DNA of 64,000 nt from Raillietiella orientalis. Its lineage: Eukaryota. Positions 51,201-64,000 of the stretch are shown here, piece by piece; position 1 is the stretch's first letter, and each line of letters opens with the position of its first letter. The notes under the pieces are model-generated. The model searched no databases. It was not told where the DNA came from and was given only the letters and a program-made list of their open reading frames with translations. Position numbers and translations under genes: made by a program. The stretch is taken from NCBI GenBank assembly GCA_036172245.1, contig JAYWIR010000006.1:4402001-4466000 (forward strand). The letters are read 5' to 3'.

Positions 51201-54200
51201 AAGCCCGAAAGCTGCTTGGGAGATGCTTTACGACGGTTATGTTCTAGGAAGAAGCGCTGCCCCCGGTACAGTTGCCTTTCTCCACCACTTTCCTGTTGCG
51301 ATGGAGATCGGTAGTCAAGGAAGCTCCTCGTCCTTTGCTTCGATCACCGTGTCTCCGGTGCACAGGACGGAAAAAAAAAAAAAACTCGCGAGGCGACACT
51401 CAGAGCTGATGGCCTTAAAGGCCCAACGAGTCAATCGAAGATGTCGACTCCGAAGGAATTCAAGCTCTCCCGTGAGCTTACTGACAGCTAGCACAACTAC
51501 TTTGGCTCTCGGCTGACCTCATTTGAGGGCGCGAGAACAGAATTCTCTCATGTTTTACGTCACTAGAATGTTAATATGTTTGTAGAAAGGGAAAGCTTGC
51601 CACAGGTGTCGGATCGCGGAACTCTTCATCGCTCGCTTCCTGAAGGCGACTAATTGACACTCAGAAAGCTACAACGTATCATTAGTGCAGAATTCCTTCC
51701 GAGAATGATGAAATGGATTCCCCCCATTCCACTTTTGCAATTCACATCCAACAGAAGAAAACTCCTAGCTCTTGAATCTTTCAATCTGAAAAAGATTCAT
51801 GCGTTCCGGAAGTGCCCACAGCTTTCTCCATTCGGAATGTGGAAGACTCTGACCAGATGGCAAACTTCGGAAAGGCGCAAACTGCGCTGATGGCTGTTCG
51901 CGGGAGACTTTGAGGTTTCGCCTGCAGATTGAAGGGAGTGTTTACACGTGACTACCGCACAGAAGCCGTGCAGAGGAAAGCAACGGGTAATTTCCCTGGT
52001 CACTGAATGACAAAATCTATTATAGTAGCTCCTGCAGCGCCGAGTCCCTGGAAAAGGGAAGAGAGCACTGCGGAACTATCCCTGTTCGTTCGTAAGCGTA
52101 TCCATCAGCTGTTCCGGTGAAGGCACTCTAACAGCCGATCTGCCAGCTTGCTCCAAGCGTGACTCTCCAGCCCGTTAGACAGCCTTCGGTGCCAGCAACG
52201 GTTAGCAGGGTGTTTCCCAAGCTCGAAATCGAAGGAGGACCACGCAGAGGGAAACAAGATGCCGCCTGCGAGGGGAAGGAGGAAGTCCGAAAGGCAAGCC
52301 GTTCTTGGAACTCTCTGCGTCCCAGCAGCAAGCGCCTGAATTCGAGCAGCCTGCCTAAGAAGAACGCAGGCGGTCAGATCAGACGAAAGACGGAGAGAAA
52401 GGGCTCCACCGCAGCAAAGTGAACAAATCTGAGCGTTCGGGGCCCACAAAAAGTTGTTTCTCTTGACATGGCACTGAGTTGCGTTGCCACCACCGCTTTG
52501 CAAAAGCCAAACCGCGGTCTCTGAGAAGCCTCATCGAAGGTAAACCACCGGTGAAAGAGCAAAGAGACTGTTCGTGTCCAGAAGGATCACTTCATTTGGG
52601 GGAGACGTGGCATGCTCGAAGGATATCCCCAAATCCACGACCAGTTCCCATCGCAAAAATCGTGGATTCCCAGAAGCCAAGCAGCAACCGCGCGTCCCAG
52701 TCATTAATTCAGTGATTAGCCACGTACACGAACAACCACATTGATTCACGATTCAGGAAGATGGATTTATCACAAAATAGCAGGGATATTTCGTACATTC
52801 ATCCACGGATTAGCTCCTTCCTTTCTTCTCCACTCTCTTTTTCACGTTGCGGACTCAAACGAAAACAAATTACGAAGAGAAAATCAAAAAAATCTGCGAG
52901 GACCGTATCGGAACGGAGAGGAGGAATGGAATTCTATCACTATGGCACGTTCAGAAAGAAAAGGAAAAAAAAGCACACACACATACACACACACACCAGA
53001 ATAAAACTCTCAAAAATGAAACATATTTACTGGTTTTGTCATCATTCTGGCTTTCCGACACGGGAATGGGAGTTTCTCTCTTTCTGGGTGATTCAAGATA
53101 ACGGGTCCTTTGCCAGAGCTTGCACGCTAACGAACTTGCTGGTAACTTCTAAAGCCTGGCTTTCCGTCCAATTACACTTCGGACTTTTCTGCAGTCACGA
53201 ACGGTTTCGAATCCAAGAGAAAATTTCCCGTTTTTTTTTTTTTCTTTTTCTTTTTTTGTCGCATGCAGGGGATGGCTGTTTTCCTCTCCTGCGACCTCCA
53301 GAAGCCAGTGGGGGACCTCCGGAGCACCGGGGAAACGACGCACCTTCAAAGGCAAGCGAATTTTCTAATACGGCAAATTCTAACAACGGAATTTGTTTTG
53401 CTGCAAGACCGACTCCGCACAGCACAGCTACCTTTGTTTTGCGCTCGTCCTCCCCCCCACCCCATCCCCGGTTATCGTAGGCCTAGATTTTAGCCTACGA
53501 CGGGGAAGCCACCGGTTCCCATGGCGACGCGGGCCGGAACGCTTCTGCGTAGTGCGCGTTGAGCTCGCCCGCGAACGCGGGCAGCCAATTCATTTCTCAG
53601 ATACGCAAGGTTTTCTGCCTTTTTCCGAGTTGAGATGAGCAGGAAAAAAATAAAATAAAAAAAGACAGGAAGAGAAGACGGCAGTGCAGATGTTGGAAAA
53701 CGCGCTGGACGGGGGGGGGGGGAAGGGGGCGAACGCAACGATCCGGAGATGCTCGAGGATCATTCCAGTGTTCGCTCTGCTCCCCGCAGCGATCTCGTGA
53801 AGCTAACAGAGTCTTCGGCATCAAAATGGTATGGGAACGCTGCCCACGTCCGGTTTCCCCTACCCACCCGTCTTCCCACCCTCCTGAAATGTGTGGTCCA
53901 TCCCGCGCGCCGCTTTCGGAAAATCGCCGCGAGTTCGCTACGGACTCGAATCCTTCAAAGGAGAGCTGGTCGGCGGGAGCTTCGGACACATCGGTACGGT
54001 CGTGGGCAACTCGGTGCGGAGCGTGGGAGGAGGGTTATTCCAGGTCTGTGGGAACACTTTTGTGTCCCAGGAGCAGATGCTTGGGTCATCCCGTGTTCCA
54101 CAGGACCAGGAGCTAGAGCGCTTCGTGAACACAAGGAAAAGCGATCTTGAGAGCATCTGCCGAAGAAGTCCGTGCATGGAGACTGTGGCCCTGTTTCCTG

Positions 54201-57200
54201 CTCTGGCCTTGCGGATCCCTCTTGCTCCTCAGAATAAAGTCCACGTTCCAAAGACTCGTGGGAGGCGTATCCCAGCCCATCCTTTCTTCCCCTCCCTCAG
54301 CGCCCTTCTTTCCTACGCCCAACTCGCGCTTTCCTTGCTCGATTCCGGCGAGGCATCTCTTTTGCCTTCTGTCTACGAAGACTCTGAGGAAACCCATTCT
54401 GCGTGCTCTCTGGATGAAGGGGAATCCGTGTGAACAGGGTGGCATCAGAGATGTTGTCTTGGTTGGCTGTCTCGGAAGCGAATCCGGAGATTTCTCGTTA
54501 TCGCTTTTGGAAGAGGCATGGCAGGCATCCTTTCCGCGGAGATCCCAAATGCGTGTGCACCTTTGGACGGACATTCGCAGCTTGGGCGCGAGACGAGTTC
54601 ATGAGGGAGGTGATCGGTAGGAAAGGGGAACAGGGAGGGGACGTAGAGAATTTCTGATCCAGTCATCGCCAAACAAAATAACAAAAGCCGAAGAAAAACT
54701 GATAAGTTTCTCAGCGGTTCGAAGACTTTTAGAGGATGCGTGTCCCCGTTTTACCCTCCCTCGATTCTGGTTTCCCGTCGCCCCTACTAGCCCGCTGATG
54801 AATCAGACTGCTCCCCTCGCCATGGTGACTACTCGTCGCCATTCCTGAACTCTTCGATTCGACTTTGCTGCCCTCGTTTTCCTTCCTCTTCTGCAGCCGT
54901 CGCATCAGGCTTCACGGGCAGGCTCAGAAGAGCCGCCACTTCCGCTTTCCTGTGCTACCCAAGAAACACGTAGTACATCCATAGAGGTATGCTCTTTGCA
55001 GGAAAAAGCAGGGAGGGGAGCGGACTTAGCAAGGCTGATTTTCTTTTTTCTTGTCTTCTTCAGAAAAAGAGGACAAACACACTCAAGAAACAAAAAAAAC
55101 CAGCCCGCGTGCAGCAGCAAGTGCCCTTCAAGGTGTTCTCACGCAAGCAGATGGCACGCATGAAAGTCTGGAAGCGACAACCCGCCGGCGCTCTGCTCAT
55201 TGGAGCGAGCAGCACAGCAGCGCGTTCGAGTTAATTTCGGCAGGTACCCCTATCCTCCTGGAGGGGAAGGGAAGCAGGCAGTGACCTCTGTAGAAAGAAG
55301 ACAACAATGCGCTCCAAAGGTCTCCGGGTGCACTCCTCCTAGGAAAAATGGACACATTCTATTTATTTATTTTATTTTTCTAGTGTCGTGATTCGGGAGG
55401 AACCAATGAGATCGTTTTCCTGCACCTGCCTGCGTTTCTTTTGGCGAAGCGGAGAGAGAGACGCAGTCCTTCTTCCACACCATCCAAAGAAACAGCTCTT
55501 GGAGGATGCCCGCTGAAAATCCAAAGCTCTGCTCAGCTACGCAGACGGCAGCGGCGTCCTTCCCGTCTTCCCTGATCCGAGGGCTGAGAAGGATCTGTGG
55601 GAGCGCAAAGTGAGAGACGACTCAGGGGACCCGTTTCTGGCTCTCATGCACCCCGTGCAGACGGTGAGCCAAGTCATCCTCACCTTAGGATCCTCGAGAA
55701 GCCCTCTACCGTACTAAGATCTCCGCAGCACGAAGATGATCCCTCCAGTATGTTACTCTCTAGAGGAAAGAGGGTGAAAAAGCTCTTCTCTTGCACTCCC
55801 CATCGGAACCTTCGGGCAAACTCAGATCCCAGTGCTTCCCTGTTCCCAAAGAGGAAGAGTTGTTGCTGCCGGGAGAAGGAATGGTGAGGAAGGAGAGGAG
55901 TTAGGAATGAGATGCAGGCATCTCGGAAACAGTTAGAAGGAGGAAGGGAACGACGAAAGCTAGTTCTCGAGGACACTGATTCCCTGGAGATCTTTTTGGT
56001 TTCGTCAGGGGAACACAAAAGACACAACAATAACAACGAGATAGAGAGCAAAAAGGAAAGTGGGGAGTTGAAGTCGTTGCAGGCAGGTGCTAGGAAGAAC
56101 CCGTGATAATCGAAGGAGGGAGAGAAAATCGCTCATCGTTTTCCCGGGCCAAAGTGAAAGTTGCTATTGCAGGCAGGAGACGTCCGGAAGAGCATCGGAG
56201 CTGGAAAGATGACCGATGGTAGAGACGACACAGGAACTTCCCATCTTCGGGAAAAAAAAATGCCAGAGTGCTTTTCGAGACTGGGTTTATGAGGAGCAGA
56301 TTTTGTTCGTCCCCAAGGGAGCTTGGAAAGATGGTGCATGGCGCCGGAATCTGCTGCTACCACTCGCGGATGAGCCCTGCAATCTGCCTCCGGATCTCTC
56401 CAGTTTTCCACCCGGTTTTTCTGGGACATTTATTATAAAAAAATGACAATAAAAGCACATCTTCGTGGTAGAAGACTTGAATTTATCGAATGCTTGGAAC
56501 CTGCCTAAGGCCGGTACGCAGACGGGCGAGGTCCGCTTCGGCAGCGAAGGGGCTGCATCTCTTTAGCAAGATGTGTACGTAGCCAGGTTTCAAGGAGTCG
56601 TTCCGTCGTCATTCCCTTAAAATGGATTCCCGTTTCAGCAACCCAGTGCCGCAATTCTTCACGAAAGCCAGGATCAAATCTCTCCTGATGTTCCCCGTGG
56701 ATCATCCGCAGAAAGGGGATATTTGATTGCGCCTAAAGATCATTCGATATTCTGCTTCACCCAGCAGCGTATTTGAAAGGCGCTCAACGAAGAGGCGACG
56801 ACAAGGAGGGCGGCCTCGAGGAAGCGCTGCCGAAACATTATCTCGAAACATTGTTGCTTCCTGCCCCTCGATTGTTGCGCAACAAACGCAACGCTAGGGA
56901 TGCGAAGCGCCTTTTTCAAGAGTTCAACAATGGGGAAGCGGAAAGGAAACAAACACAAAGGAGAGCGGAACTCGGGCGCGCTTTTTTTTTGGCTGCTGCC
57001 GACGTCACAACAGCGCTTATCAGGACGCGCAGGAGGTTGCTCCGTGGTAGTCTGAACCTTGATTTACCGCTGTCATGACGACGAGGGGGGAGGGGAAAGG
57101 TTGAGGGGGCCAGCGATTGGGAAAAAAAAGGGGGGCAGGGGAGAAACAAAGGATGCGGGACCGCTTCGGAAATCCTTTTCCCATGAGACAGCAGAGCACG

Positions 57201-60200
57201 CCGTGGTCCTGGGATGCCGGAAATTCCTGCCTCACCATCGGCAGTCGTCCTCCTGGCAGAGGAATGCGAATCCGAACGTCATGGGAACGGGTGGCTCGCG
57301 TCCGAGGTGTTCTTGATAGACAAGCCAGCGGTCAGGGAGCGGGCCTGCGGGCAGGAACGAGACGGTAGAGGCACCCTCGTCACTGGAGAACGATTCCTGG
57401 GGGGAGGGGGACGCGACCAACAGACCTCCCTTCCTACCACGCTCGCAAGCGGCCGGACGCGCGCGATGCTGCGGGTTGCCGTCATCGTCCAACATGTTCT
57501 TCCCGTTTCCGCGCCTTCCTCCGCCCCCTCCTACGTCTTCCGCTCCCGGAGGGACCGGTCGTCCACTACGCTTGGCCGCTGCCAACCGGGCGCCGGGGAA
57601 GGGTGGCGACGACGATGGAACGGTGGACGACGGGCTGTCTCCTGGCGGTGATCGAGGGCCAGGGAAGAGAGAGGGGAAAAAGGGGGCGAACCGGGAAGGA
57701 TAAAGCGGCGGGGGAGCACCCCGTTCCTCCACCGACGCAGAGGAGCCTCGCCGTCTCCTCTCCCTCTTCCGCCCGTCGAGACCTACTCCTTCCCGACGGC
57801 GTCCTCGCGAGGTCACCTCCCGGCTTCACAGGGCAGGGAAGGCGGAGGAGCATCGGGCGCTCTCCCCTCCCAATTAGCCTGGGAGAGTTCCCATCGCTTC
57901 CTATCGCGGCGTCCCGTTCCCCTCCCTCCCTTTCCCTCCCTCCCGGCTGCCTTCCCCCGGCGCCGCTCCCGGATCGTCGGAATGCTCGTCCTGGGAACCT
58001 CGCGCTCCTCCCTTTGTTCGGCGCGCGGGAGACACACCTGTTGGGTCTGCCCCTCCTCCCAGCGGGAACAATGGGGGGACGCCCCGAGCGGGCGCGCGCA
58101 CTCGGGGATTCCGACGCTGCTCAGAAGGGAAAGGAAGGGACGGAGGGAGGGGGGAGCTGCACCGTTCCTATCCCGGGGGTGGGGGCAGGGAAGCCGGTTG
58201 CCCTCTCCCCCCCCGCGGGGGTCTCAGGAGAGCGAGGGGAGGGGGAGGCGCGAGAAACGGGGGCAGAGTCCTCTGGCGGCGCGAGCCGGGCCTCCCTCGG
58301 AAGAGGTAGCGCCCGAGGCGGTATGCTCGCGTCAGCTGCTGCCAGCCGCCGCCGTCTGCGCCCCGCCTGCCCGAGTGGCGACCGCCGCCGCGCGGGCGCG
58401 GACGCGCGCATGCCCGGTTCCCCCTTGCCTCCTCGGGGTAGCGTCGCGAAACGCGCGGGATGAGGGGCGGCAGTCACATCGCCTTCTGCGGGGGGAGGAG
58501 GTGGGGAGGGGGACGACGACCGGATGGCCGCCGCCGGCGGCTTCTCGGAAGGAGAGGAGACACCGCCTCCGCCGCCCTTGCTAATGAGGCGCTTCCGGCC
58601 GTCCCCTTCCGGTCCCACACTCCTTGCTTCTCGCCGCCGCCGGAGCGCCCTCAGGCGTCTGCGGACGAAGGAGGGAGGGGAATAAGGCGGCGAACGCCCC
58701 TCTTCCTCCTCACTGGAGTACCACCGACTGGCGGTCGTCCCTCGGGTTCGCCCCGGGACATGCGGCATTTCGCGAGCAACCCAGCCTGTCGCTTCCCTCC
58801 GGAAGCAGGGCGAGGGGGCGCGGCGGAGGAGTCCCTGCGAGTGACTCTCTGTGTGGCGCCAATGCAAAGGCGCCAGGGTCCCTGAGATGGAGAGTTCAGT
58901 CGCCATCCCGGGGCCGCCCACCTGTGCCGGTGGCGCTGGCGCAGCACCCGCAGCGGGTGCTCGGGGATGGCGCCGCCTCCATCCGACCTTCTCCGATCTG
59001 CGGGCGGAGCCCCCTCGGGTCGCCCCCCACTCCTGCTCCTGGTTCCCCGCCGGCCCCCATGCATCCAGAGCCAGCCCGGACGATCTCATTCGCCCCTTCT
59101 TCTCTTCGCGAGCTCTGGCAGCCCTCTCGAGTCCCCAGGGGTGGCCTCGAGCAGGGGTGGCTGATCTCCCTCCTCTGTTTCCCACACACGATGAGCAGAC
59201 GCAAGGGGACAGCGGATCGCCGTGAATCGATCTCTCCAGGATCTTCAGGGATCCATCCAGGGAGGGAACACACTTGCCCATCGGGGAGGCCGCTTGCCCA
59301 CCCCTCCGCTCCTTGGTCCCCCGGCAGGAAACGGGGGTCAGCTACGAGGGCTGCAGCCGGGTCGCAGGGGGGGGGGGGATCAGCGGCCGGTCCAGCGCGC
59401 CGACAGGGCTGTGCGCCGCGGCGGCGACCACACGCGCGGCTTCCGCGCGCCAGGGGCGCGTGCGCACGTGCGGGCCGCCGCCACCGCCACCGGCCTCTCA
59501 GCTTCCCGGCTGCGGAAGTGCGTGGACGCGCGTGGCGAGAAGGCGAGCCCGCCTGGGAAGTTCCCGTAGTCGCTCCCGGTTCCGGTCGGCATCCGCTGAT
59601 TGGACCCCGTGGGAGGACGGCGGCCCCTCCTTTGAGACGCGCGTGCGCGCCCCACTCGGTTCCAAGCCTTCGCAGCTGCTTGCCTTCCCGTCGGGACGTG
59701 CGGCCCGAACGTCGTCCTCCCGCTGCCTTGGTTTCCGACCTGCAGACCGTTCCTCGGTGGCCCGGAGGACCTCGAGCCCTTCCTGCAGGGCAGAGGGCGG
59801 CTGCGCGCGCGCGAGGAGGCGCAAGGGCACAGGAGTCCTCCAGCCACTCCTGAGTGTCCCTCGCCGACCGGTCGGCGGCGGCCCCTGTGGAGACGTCCTC
59901 GACCTAGCCCCCTCCCACTCCGTTCTGGCGCCCGAAGGGGGACAACCCACGGAGGGAGCTGCCGGAAGGTTCCCCCCCACGCCTCGATGCCCGCTTCCGC
60001 GGGAAAGGGGGGGGCTCTTCGATGGCAGCCCGCCCCCGAGGGTTCGCAAACTGGGGCGACCATGGAGGGTCACTGGAGGGGAAGGGGCAGTCAATGGAAA
60101 GACCCCGAGAGGATCGGAGACCTCCCGTCGAGGAAGGGAGAAGCTCCGCTCCTCCGCCGTCGCTGCCCGCAGCCTCCGGCGAAAGGCAGCGACCTAGGGG

Positions 60201-63200
60201 GGTCGCCTCCGAGGCCTTCCCCGGGGAGCGGACCAAATTGGTGTTGGCAATGGATCGGGAGGGTGCGCTTTCCACCCCACAGGGGGCTTCCCTCCCGCCC
60301 TCCTCCCCTTCCCTCCTTCCCGCGGAGTGGCGCGAGTCGCCTCCAACCTCCAGGAATAGGTGGGGGGGGAGGAGGGAGGAACGAGCGGGAACTATAAATA
60401 ACGCGGGGCCCCGCCGAGGACGAGTCGCTCCTGGAGCCCGCGGAAGGGAGCGAGCGGGAGACGTCCCGATGAGATCGCGACCGGGACTCCCGGCCGCACA
60501 ATGCGCCCTTTTGTGATGGGAGGAGCGAACCCAGAGCGAGAAGGAAGGAACAATGGGGTCCCTTCCCAGGCAGAAGGGGGGCAGAGCCGCTCCGGGAAGA
60601 CGGGGAGCGGCTCCGGGACAATGCAGTCTCGCCGTCGGTCCGGGACTCGGGAGAAATATCCCCCCCACCTTTATCTCTTTCCCGTCTTCTCCCCGAATTC
60701 CCTCTCCTCCCCCTCCCCGCGTGCCTCGAGAGGTCACTTCTCCCCCTTACCGCTTCGAGCCTTCCCGGGAATGCCGCCACCGGCTCCCGACATCCCTGGG
60801 AAAGGCGGGTGCCTTCCGACCCATCACCCCGCCCTTCTCCCCGCGTCTTCCTTCCCAGGGGATCGCCTTCGGCCGGGGAAGTGCTCTCCCTGGGAACGAT
60901 CGGCTGAGAACCCGCCGTCGTCCGGAAGAATCCGGGAATCTCGGGGGAATTAGTTCCCGAGCGACCTCCTCACTCTCGAAGAGGCGCGCGTGCCCACGGG
61001 CGGGGGAAGGTGAGCTCCTTGATCCCGCGCAGGGGCCATGGCCCGCAACGATGGTGCAGGAGGTCGCTGGCTGGGGTCGGCTTGCCCACTGCTTCGCCAG
61101 CCGTCTCCATGGGGACAGCCAACCGAAGGCTCTGGAAGTGTCGCCGCTGTCAGCAGTCGCGTCGTGCCAGCAGAGCGGAGGATGGACGCCTTCCTGTCAC
61201 CGCTTCCGGTGACCTCGCGACGACGACCCCGGCGACCTTGACCTGGACCAGAATGGATGGCGGACGCGAGTGGTCGGCTACATCCCATGGGCCTCCCGCG
61301 GATGGACGCCGTCCATCTCGCCTGCGCGTTTCTGTTTCCCGTACCCTCCTCCTCTGCCGCCGCCGCCTCAGACCGGGAGTCGCGCCCGTGGCCACATTGC
61401 GCGAGCTCCGAGGTGGTTTCTTCCGCCAGCGGTCCTCTTCTGCCTTACGCCGCCGCCTTCCCCCCTTGCCCCCCCCCCGCACCCGCTGTGTTGCCTCTCG
61501 GGCAGCAAGGAAGGAAGGTTCCGGGCTCGCGTCCACCTGGCGGTGGAGGGGAGGAGAGCTGCTCCCGCGTCCGCGGTTCGCGCGCGCCAGGTGGGCGAGC
61601 GTCACCAGCAGGGCAGCTGGATATCCCGGCGGTCCCTCCGAACGCTGACCCGGGTGGTCGAAGTTGCCATGGGAAGATGTCTTGGAGGAAAAGTCCACTT
61701 CTCCTCTCATTTTGGTTGTCGAGGATGTGTCGTCGTCCCCTCCTTCCTCGGCTGCTGATGGGAAGCGGAAAGGAGGGTGACCCCAGGGTGGAGGGCTGGT
61801 AGTCCCCGAACTCTAGGAGGCTCTGCCGGGTTTGTCCCCTGACCTTTTCTCCGTTCCTTCTGGCAGCCGGAGGTTCCGGACCAGCCTCCAGGCATGTGAT
61901 CCCTAGGCTCCCCTCTTCGTCCCCATAGTCCCTACAGGGACTTCCCATAGGTCTCGTGCCTTCCTTGCTTGGTGTGGAGGTCACCGTCCAGCGGGGATAG
62001 GAGGGCTGAGAGCTCGGGAGAAGGGGAACAGGCCGTAGAGAGAGGGCGCAGGAGAATCTGAACCAGAGGTCTCGGATGAGGTGAGGACCCCATCCTTCCC
62101 TCATCCGAAAGACCCTCGGGTTGCTTTGGCCTGTCCCCCCTTCCATCCTGCCTCTGCTGAGGAGACGCGAGAGGCCACTTGCCGCCAGGGGTGCCCTCAG
62201 CGTCTCGGACACCGGAGGCGGGTCGCGAGGATCTCTCCATCCTCCCTGGTCCAAGGGAGAAGGAGACAACCAGCGCGGCTGCGGACATCCATGCAAGGTG
62301 GCTCGCCTCTTCGGTGGAGGCGCCAGCCATCAAGGTGGAGCCAGATGGAGGGCACCAGGGCCCAGATATGGCCTCATTGTCGCAGAGAAGCCGAGCACCA
62401 GCGTTCGCGCGCGCGCTCAGGGCCGCCGAGTGGGCGCCGCGGTGGCTCTCCGACCTGCTCCTTGCGGTAGTAGCCGGAGTGCTTCTGGAAGAGCGGCAGG
62501 TCTTCTTGAGAGCCAGCGAACGAGCAGCAGGAGGATCTGATGCTTAGCAGCACAGGGCCGAGACGCTGTTCTCGAGAATCACCGTGGCGGCGGCGTGCAT
62601 TCCGGGACAGGTCGAGCGGGCTAGCGCTGCACGAGGAGTGGGAAAACAGACCGGCCATCTTCTGACTCTCCTCCCTGTTCCAGTGGGAACGTCCCCTCTC
62701 GGAGCAGCACAAAAGTACGGAGAAAACTTTCCAGCTGCTCCCGGGGGATGATGAAATAGTCACTTGAGGGACGATCCTGTCCATGAGGTCCTGCGGGAGC
62801 AAGGAGGAGGAAGAGGAGGAAGGGAGAGGAGGAAGGAAAAGAAAGGAGGCCCCACCGTCACACCGTACGAGAGGATCGCTCACGGAAGCGCCGGAAACGG
62901 AAAAGCTTCCTTCTTGGATGCTGTCAAGGGGAAGGCAGTTTTCAACGCCTTCCCGGTGTGTTTTCGGCACTCGCGGGGGGTTTCAGTTCTGGGGGACTCG
63001 TGACGCCGAGGTTCACCGCAGCCAGTAGCTGCGCGGCAGCACGGGCGCCCAGGAAAAGGGAGGAAGTGAAGGTAGTAGCACCATCCGAGAAGGTGGCGTC
63101 CGCTTTCAGCCCTGCGGCGCTGTCCGACGCTGCTCGCAGGGGCACTCAGCCCTCCATTTCTACTTCCAGTGCGATGCAGCATTCAAGAGCTGGGAGGTCA

Positions 63201-64000
63201 CTCGTCCTCCCGGCTGCCGAAGGGAAGAATTGGCGGCAACCAGAGGCGGGCGCCGCATGCCGCCTTCCGTTTCGCTCTCTCGAGAAAGCTGAAGAGGAAA
63301 CGGAGGAGAATCCGCAGGGATGCTGCGAGGGTGGGTGCTCATCTCCCTGGCGCTGCTCTCGCCTCTGCAATAGCTGCTGGCTGGGTCTGCACCTTCGCAC
63401 TTGCGAGGAGCCTGCGGGCGTTCACAGAGCTTCGAGGACAGCGCGCGCGCACTGAAGCCGGGCTTCGCCACCCCCGAGGAGCGAGGCAGCCGAGGGGCAA
63501 AGTCAGCGGAGCGGCATTTCGAGGAACGCACTGCGTTCTTCGAATCCCTGTGGCGAGACTGGTTAGCTGAAGCAGGAGTGCGACGGGCACATCGCACCCC
63601 CAGGCGGTATTCCCTGGAGGACTTCCCGGACCCTGGCAGCCCAGTGCAGGCACCACATCGGTTCCCTGCTTTCTGATTCGGAGACACGTCCTGCATCTCC
63701 TTCCAGAGCACCCGCCGTCCCCATGGTTACTGCTCCCGCCACCGAGCGGCGCCTGTGAGCGATCGGCTCCTCTCAAAGAGCAGAGATGAGGGCATGGACG
63801 CCCGAGCGCGACCTCCCGTGACCACGGCCAGCATCTGACTCCCGCACAACCTACACCAGGCCGAGATCATCTCTCGCGATGAACGGGAATCTCGTGTCCA
63901 GAGGCAAACATCTGCAGCGAGCATCCTCGCAGTTGCAGCGGTCCTCCGTGCTGACCGTCTTCTCGAGAGTCGCGGGGACCTCCAGGAAGGAGGGCTATCA

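Noticed and set aside
57100..64000. Long ORFs such as 58624-59853 and 58121-59281
   Set aside because: Same GC-driven artefact; no recognisable motifs or consistent exon chain found.
1..64000. Prokaryotic-type systems (CRISPR arrays, operons, IS elements)
   Set aside because: No regularly spaced repeat-spacer arrays were seen, and the genes are spliceosomal-intron-containing animal orthologues.

Overview
Animal (invertebrate-type) nuclear genomic DNA with GT-AG spliceosomal introns, many of them very short (37-62 nt). Five spliced conserved genes can be rebuilt by hand. Four form a compact cluster at 7.6-15.6 kb: RIB43A/RIBC (+), MMAA (-), PAM16/Magmas (-) and a group I NDP kinase (+). The fifth is a D-type cyclin (-) at 40.6-45.3 kb. 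There is also an uninterrupted 569-codon ORF of unknown family (22.3-24.0 kb), two near-identical dispersed repeats (about 445 and 550 bp), a 24-bp perfect hairpin, a recurring 46-bp motif and simple-sequence tracts. The most striking observation is that MMAA has no start codon of its own. Its first exon opens at a phase-0 splice acceptor about 145 bp past the PAM16 stop, and the best available donor is PAM16's ATG-only first exon. Two unrelated mitochondrial proteins may therefore come from one promoter and one initiator codon by alternative splicing. MMAA and RIB43A also end only 3 bp apart, tail to tail. Most ORFs in the GC-rich 24-40 kb and 46-64 kb stretches look spurious. All gene models come from reading the sequence; no searches were run and the organism was not identified.
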